Below the pieces are notes generated by a model. It was not told the origin of the DNA, did not search any database, and saw only the letters and a list, made by a program, of their open reading frames with translations. Positions 60,066-64,000 of a stretch of 64,000 nt of DNA are shown piece by piece. The stretch is from Alphaproteobacteria bacterium (GTDB lineage Bacteria > Pseudomonadota > Alphaproteobacteria > Bin95). The position numbers and the translations under genes are program-made. Every line of letters begins with the position of its first letter. Position 1 is the first letter of the stretch. The stretch lies in the NCBI GenBank assembly GCA_964291285.2, contig OZ219785.1:128001-192000 (forward strand). The letters are read 5' to 3'.

Positions 60066-60394
60066 CTAGGCCGTGGACTCATAAGCGCGTAGCCAGAGCC
60101 TGACAGTAGCGATCTTGATCATGGCGAGGAAGTTGGCCGCGAGCTTTTCGTATCGGGTGGCGATGCGGCGGAACTGCTTGAGTTTGTTGAAGGCGCGTTC
60201 GATCCGGTTTCGCAATTTATACAAGGGTTTGGAGAAAGCGTGCCTGGTCTTCGCGCCTTCGCGGTCGGGGATGATCGGGACGGCATCGTGTTGCTCGATC
60301 AGGTCACGGATCCATTTGGCGTCATAGGCCTTGTCGGCGATGAGGAAACTGTCGGGCGGCAGGGTCGCCAGCATGGCACCGGCGGCCGTGGTGT
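60066..60394 (-). pseudogene. IS5-family transposase 3' remnant
   Basis: ADKAYD, RNRIER, FRRIATRYEK; ends at CTAG. Confidence 0.85.
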
Positions 60395-60775
60395 AACACG
60401 AAGCAACCAATTTTGACGATTGTTTCATGTTTTGGGAAGCGCCGTCCTTCTCTCGTGTACGGCAACGGATACAGGGGCTTGGAGCACATGTCAAGGGGGT
60501 TGCCGGAAAGCCATACGAAGCAATCGTGGATGTGGCGGGAGCCCGTTGGTTGAATCCGGGGAACTGAAACTGCATTGCAGAATCCGTGGATACGCGCGTG
60601 GATCGCTGCCGGAACATGCTGGTCCGTAGAGATATCCGGGATAGGCATGGCGATCCGCCGAATCATGGCAAATGACGATGCCTGTTGTCTACCAGGGGTA
60701 TTCTGTCTGGAAATACGGAATGATTGTTAGGCAATTCGGGGGCGCCCGGGGCGCCAGACGGGAAGCGCCCGCGCC

Positions 60776-61383
60776 TCACCGGCTCCATGGCGGCGGTCCC
60801 TCGGCGCTCCAGTGCGGCGCGGGGTCGGTCGGCCATTTCTCCCAGGGCGGACAGAGGTATGCGGCGGTGACGTCCTGCGTGTCGGGCACGGGACAGTCGG
60901 GGCCGTCGGTGAGGAACGGGACCTGGCATGTGAAGGAACTGCTCGTCTTGCGCGCCTCGTTGATGCACCAGATGACGGCGCCGCCATACTTGTTCCAGAC
61001 ATGGGCGCGCCAGGGCCACACGCGGCTGAACAGCTCGTCCTGCATACGGGTCGGGGAGACGTATGCGCCGGTGACGAGGACGGCGATGGCAAGCGTGACG
61101 GCCGCCGCCCATGTGAGGTTGATCCTGATGCGGGTCCGGGAGCGTTCGCGGCGGCGGGCGGTTTCCTGGAGGAGGTATGCCCGGTCCACGCTCAAGGGCT
61201 GCCGGCGGGCCGGCGGCGCTTGCCCGGACCCGGCTGCCGGCCGGTTCGCGGGCGTCGGCTTCACCGGCGGCGGTGCGGCGGCCGGGGCCGGAGGGGATTC
61301 GGGAGCCGGGGCGGGGGATCGTTCCGGCGGGCCAGATCGGCCCTGAGGCGGTCGAGGGCGGTTTCGGGCGGTCTGTCGGTCAC
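60776..61383 (-). CDS. Putative single-pass membrane protein (start uncertain, possibly frameshifted)
   Basis: Pro-rich region, TM segment WAAAVTLAIAVLVTGA, Cys-containing C-terminus. Confidence 0.4.
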
Positions 61384-61447
61384 GGGCTGTCCCCCTGCGG
61401 CGGCGCGGCCGCGACCATACAGGCGATGGCGGGAGAGGACGAAGCTC

Positions 61448-61777
61448 ATGACGAGGGACAGGGAGGACCGGCGGCGCCAGCGCGCGGTCACGTTGACCGA
61501 CAGCGAGTGGCGCCGGCTGAAGGCGCGGGCGGACGAAGCGGGCATGCCGGTGTCGCGCTTCATCGTCCACCGGCTTGCGGAGGAGGACCCGGGTCCGCCG
61601 CCGGACCGGGGGCCGGGCGGGCTGCCGGCGGTGGTCTGGGGGCGGGTGGCGCGCGAGGTGCTGCTGCTCGGCCGGCTGGAGGAGGAGAGGCTGGCGGCCG
61701 CGCGCCTCTCGGAGGAGCGCGGCGCGCTCGCCGCCGAAGTGGAGACATGGCTCGCCCGGCAGGAGGAACTGGCGTGA
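61448..61777 (+). CDS. RHH/MobC-like protein 1
   Basis: AVTLTDSEWRRLKARADEAGMPVSRFI. Confidence 0.7.
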   Translation: MTRDREDRRRQRAVTLTDSEWRRLKARADEAGMPVSRFIVHRLAEEDPGPPPDRGPGGLPAVVWGRVAREVLLLGRLEEERLAAARLSEERGALAAEVETWLARQEELA

Positions 61778-61802
61778 GCGCGCCATACCGGGGGAGGTTG
61801 TC

Positions 61803-62123
61803 ATGAAGCAGGCGAAGTCGCGCTGCCTCTATCCGACGCCGGCGCAGTGGTCGCGTATCCAGGCGCGGGCGAAGGCGGCGGGCATGAAGGTCTCGCCGTT
61901 CCTGGTGGCGTGCGCGCTGAAGCGCGAGGCCGGGGGGCGGGCGGGCGAGCCTCTGGTGCTGACGGCGGAGGAACAGCGGGAGCTGTTCGACCGGGTGGCG
62001 CGGCTCGACCTTTGCAGCCGGACCATGCTGGCGCCGCTGCCGGGCATGGACATGGCGGCGTTCGAGGCGGTTGCGTTGCTCTGCCGGCTGTTCGCGCCCG
62101 AAGACCCGGGAGAGGCGCCGTGA
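61803..62123 (+). CDS. RHH/MobC-like protein 2
   Basis: QWSRIQARAKAAGMKVSPFL. Confidence 0.7.
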   Translation: MKQAKSRCLYPTPAQWSRIQARAKAAGMKVSPFLVACALKREAGGRAGEPLVLTAEEQRELFDRVARLDLCSRTMLAPLPGMDMAAFEAVALLCRLFAPEDPGEAP

Positions 62124-62566
62124 GGCGCCCGCGCTCCGGGGTGAAGAAGATCGTGCGGTCCTTTTCCTGCACGGACCTGCAGCGCGACGAGATCGCCACG
62201 CGCGCGGCCGCGGCCGGCATGAACCTCTCGCCCTACGTGATCGAGTGCGGCCTGACGGTCGAACTCGACGCTGCCGAAGACGGGGCCGGCCCGTTGCCGT
62301 CGCTTGCCCTCGGCCGGGAGGAACAGCGCCGGCTGCACGACCGCGTCGCCGGGATCGCGGAACGCTGGCTGGGTCCGTCCGCGCCCGATCCGGCGGGCAT
62401 GGCGGACCTGCCGGCGGTGCTCGGCGTGCTGCTCGAACGGCTCATGACCGACATGGTCGAGATGGGGCATGAAGAGCGGATGCGCCGCCTGCTGCTGGAT
62501 GCCTTCGGCGAGGCCCGGGGCTCGGAGCTAGCCCGCCGGTATGCGGACAAGGCGCGCCGCCGCTGA
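62120..62566 (+). CDS. RHH/MobC-like protein 3
   Basis: SFSCTDLQRDEIATRAAAAGMNLSPYV; GTGA overlap with the previous gene. Confidence 0.7.
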   Translation: MRRPRSGVKKIVRSFSCTDLQRDEIATRAAAAGMNLSPYVIECGLTVELDAAEDGAGPLPSLALGREEQRRLHDRVAGIAERWLGPSAPDPAGMADLPAVLGVLLERLMTDMVEMGHEERMRRLLLDAFGEARGSELARRYADKARRR

Positions 62567-62766
62567 GCCTCGCACGGACATGCGAAAGGAAGGCGGCGGA
62601 CGGGAAACGGGACGGCGCCCGGCGCGGATTTCCCCGCAATTAAGACAGGCGCGGGACCGGGTACAAGAATAAACGCCCCGGACCGGAGTCGGGGCGACGT
62701 GCTGAACGTACAAAGGAAAAGCCCCGGAACCCGCAGGCCCCGGGGCGTAGTGGCGATGACGATGCC

Positions 62767-63186
62767 TCAGGCGGCGAGGTCCATCTCGTATGCTTCCGGG
62801 GGCGGCGCCGGCGGCCGGTTGTCGTTGGCCGCCCCGTCCGGCCTGGGGTCGAGGAAGTTGATGGAGCCGCGCGGGCCGACCAGGATCTCGGTGGTATGGC
62901 GGTCGTTGCCGTCGCGGTCCTTCCACTTCCGGGTGCGCAGCTTGCCGGTGACGTGCGCCTGGCGGCCCTTGGCGGCGTGCTTGCGCAGCATGGCCACCAG
63001 GCCCTCCTGGAAGACGGTGACCCGGTGCCACTCGGTCTGCTGCCTGTATTCGCCGGACTGGCGATCGCGGTAGCCTTCGTTGGTGGCGATGCTGAAATTG
63101 GCGACTTCGCCGCCGCCGGGGAGGCTGCGGAACTCGGGGTCCGCGCCCAGATTGCCGATCAGGTCGACGCGATTGAGGCCGTTCAT
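62767..63186 (-). CDS. ssb: Single-stranded DNA-binding protein (second copy)
   Basis: LNRVDLIGNLGADPE, TEWHRVT; lacks the DIPF tail. Confidence 0.92.
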   Translation of the reverse strand: MNGLNRVDLIGNLGADPEFRSLPGGGEVANFSIATNEGYRDRQSGEYRQQTEWHRVTVFQEGLVAMLRKHAAKGRQAHVTGKLRTRKWKDRDGNDRHTTEILVGPRGSINFLDPRPDGAANDNRPPAPPPEAYEMDLAA

Positions 63187-63403
63187 GATGATTTCTCCTT
63201 GCGAGAGGTTGTTTGCGAGTCGTTGCAACTCACCCCGAAAAGCCCTTTCCCGACCTTGCGGCGTCGATGCCAGCGCAGGCCGGGACAGGGTAGGCGGGGA
63301 TCGGGATGCCGGGCGAAGGACGCTGCGGAACTCACCCGGCGGGCGGGGCGAAGGGGGCGCGGACGGAGCGATGCCGCCCGCACCCGGGTCCCCGCCATTG
63401 CCG

Positions 63404-63718
63404 TCAGCGGGGGAACCGGCTCCGCTCCAGCATATGGCCCCAGATTGCGGAACTGCCCCAATATTGCACCCCCGAGTCGGCGGTCTTCTCGCCCTTGCAG
63501 ATGAGGATCTCGTTGCGCGCGGGGCGCAGCTCGCGGACGGTCTCCAGCGACAGGGTCAGCGGACGGCCCTTGCCGCCCGGCAGCCGGCGGATGTCACCGT
63601 CGATGCCGGTGCGGTACCGCTCGACCACATAGTGGTCGTCCTGCAGGCCGCGTCCGAACACGTGGACCAGAAAGCTGTTCGCACCGGGGCGGAAGGCGGA
63701 CGCATTGGTGGCGGGCAT
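63404..63718 (-). CDS. Hypothetical protein; paralogue of 19215-19547
   Basis: Shared FLVH..G.GL...VVER motif; GGAGA RBS. Confidence 0.72.
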   Translation of the reverse strand: MPATNASAFRPGANSFLVHVFGRGLQDDHYVVERYRTGIDGDIRRLPGGKGRPLTLSLETVRELRPARNEILICKGEKTADSGVQYWGSSAIWGHMLERSRFPR

Positions 63719-63851
63719 GTCGATAATCTCCTGTTGGAGGAAGGGGAGCGGGAGCCGGCCGCCCGGCCACCCGCAGGGATCGCATCGAAAACCCTTTCCC
63801 CACCTTCTTCCGGCGTCGATACCGCCAGGGCCGGGAGAGGGGAAACGGACG

Positions 63852-64000
63852 TCAGCGGCCGGCAAAGACGGCCGGGCCGGCGTCGGTCACGATCTCGACG
63901 TCGTCGAGCGTGAGCTTGGCGAAGGCCAGCGCGGCGGCGACCTCCATCGGAGTCTCCCAGGTGCCGTGGTCTGCGCCGTCGGCGATCCCGATCACGGTGT
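63852..64000 (-). CDS. Partial gene; C-terminus paralogous to the 19635-20657 zinc-finger protein
   Basis: TVIGIADGADHGTWETPMEVAAALAFAKLTLDDVEIVTDA vs TVIELETGREHGPFDDPADVALCLAFGKLDRNRVEIVADA. Confidence 0.72.
   Translation of the reverse strand, partial: TVIGIADGADHGTWETPMEVAAALAFAKLTLDDVEIVTDAGPAVFAGR

Overview
High-GC window (alphaproteobacterial-like by gene content; inference) that is almost entirely accessory DNA. (1) 367-8587: defence cluster with hipA-hipB and an EcoRII-like REase-vsr-dcm operon. The REase is split by a 4.05-kb IS21 carrying two passenger genes, and dcm is cut by IS5 elements. (2) ~10207-46105: a ~36-kb integrative, relaxase-encoding element inserted inside the transposase gene of an IS5 (IS halves at 9442-10218 and 46094-46203). 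It carries a tyrosine integrase, ssb, a SLOG protein, a 5x zinc-finger protein, an RHH protein, a MOBF relaxase, a complete type II-C CRISPR-Cas9 (tracrRNA, cas9, cas1, cas2, 10 repeats/9 spacers), a type III RM locus with inserted unknown genes, an ABC-type ATPase pair, a RelE-like/UvrD fusion and a triple-nested IS stack. (3) 46204-58173: a mirror-image pair of porin / surface-lipoprotein / Slam operons around a central palindrome. (4) 58305-64000: a second, decayed related element with dead tandem integrases, three RHH genes, ssb and paralogues of the first element's genes. All calls come from reading motifs by eye; no searches were run.
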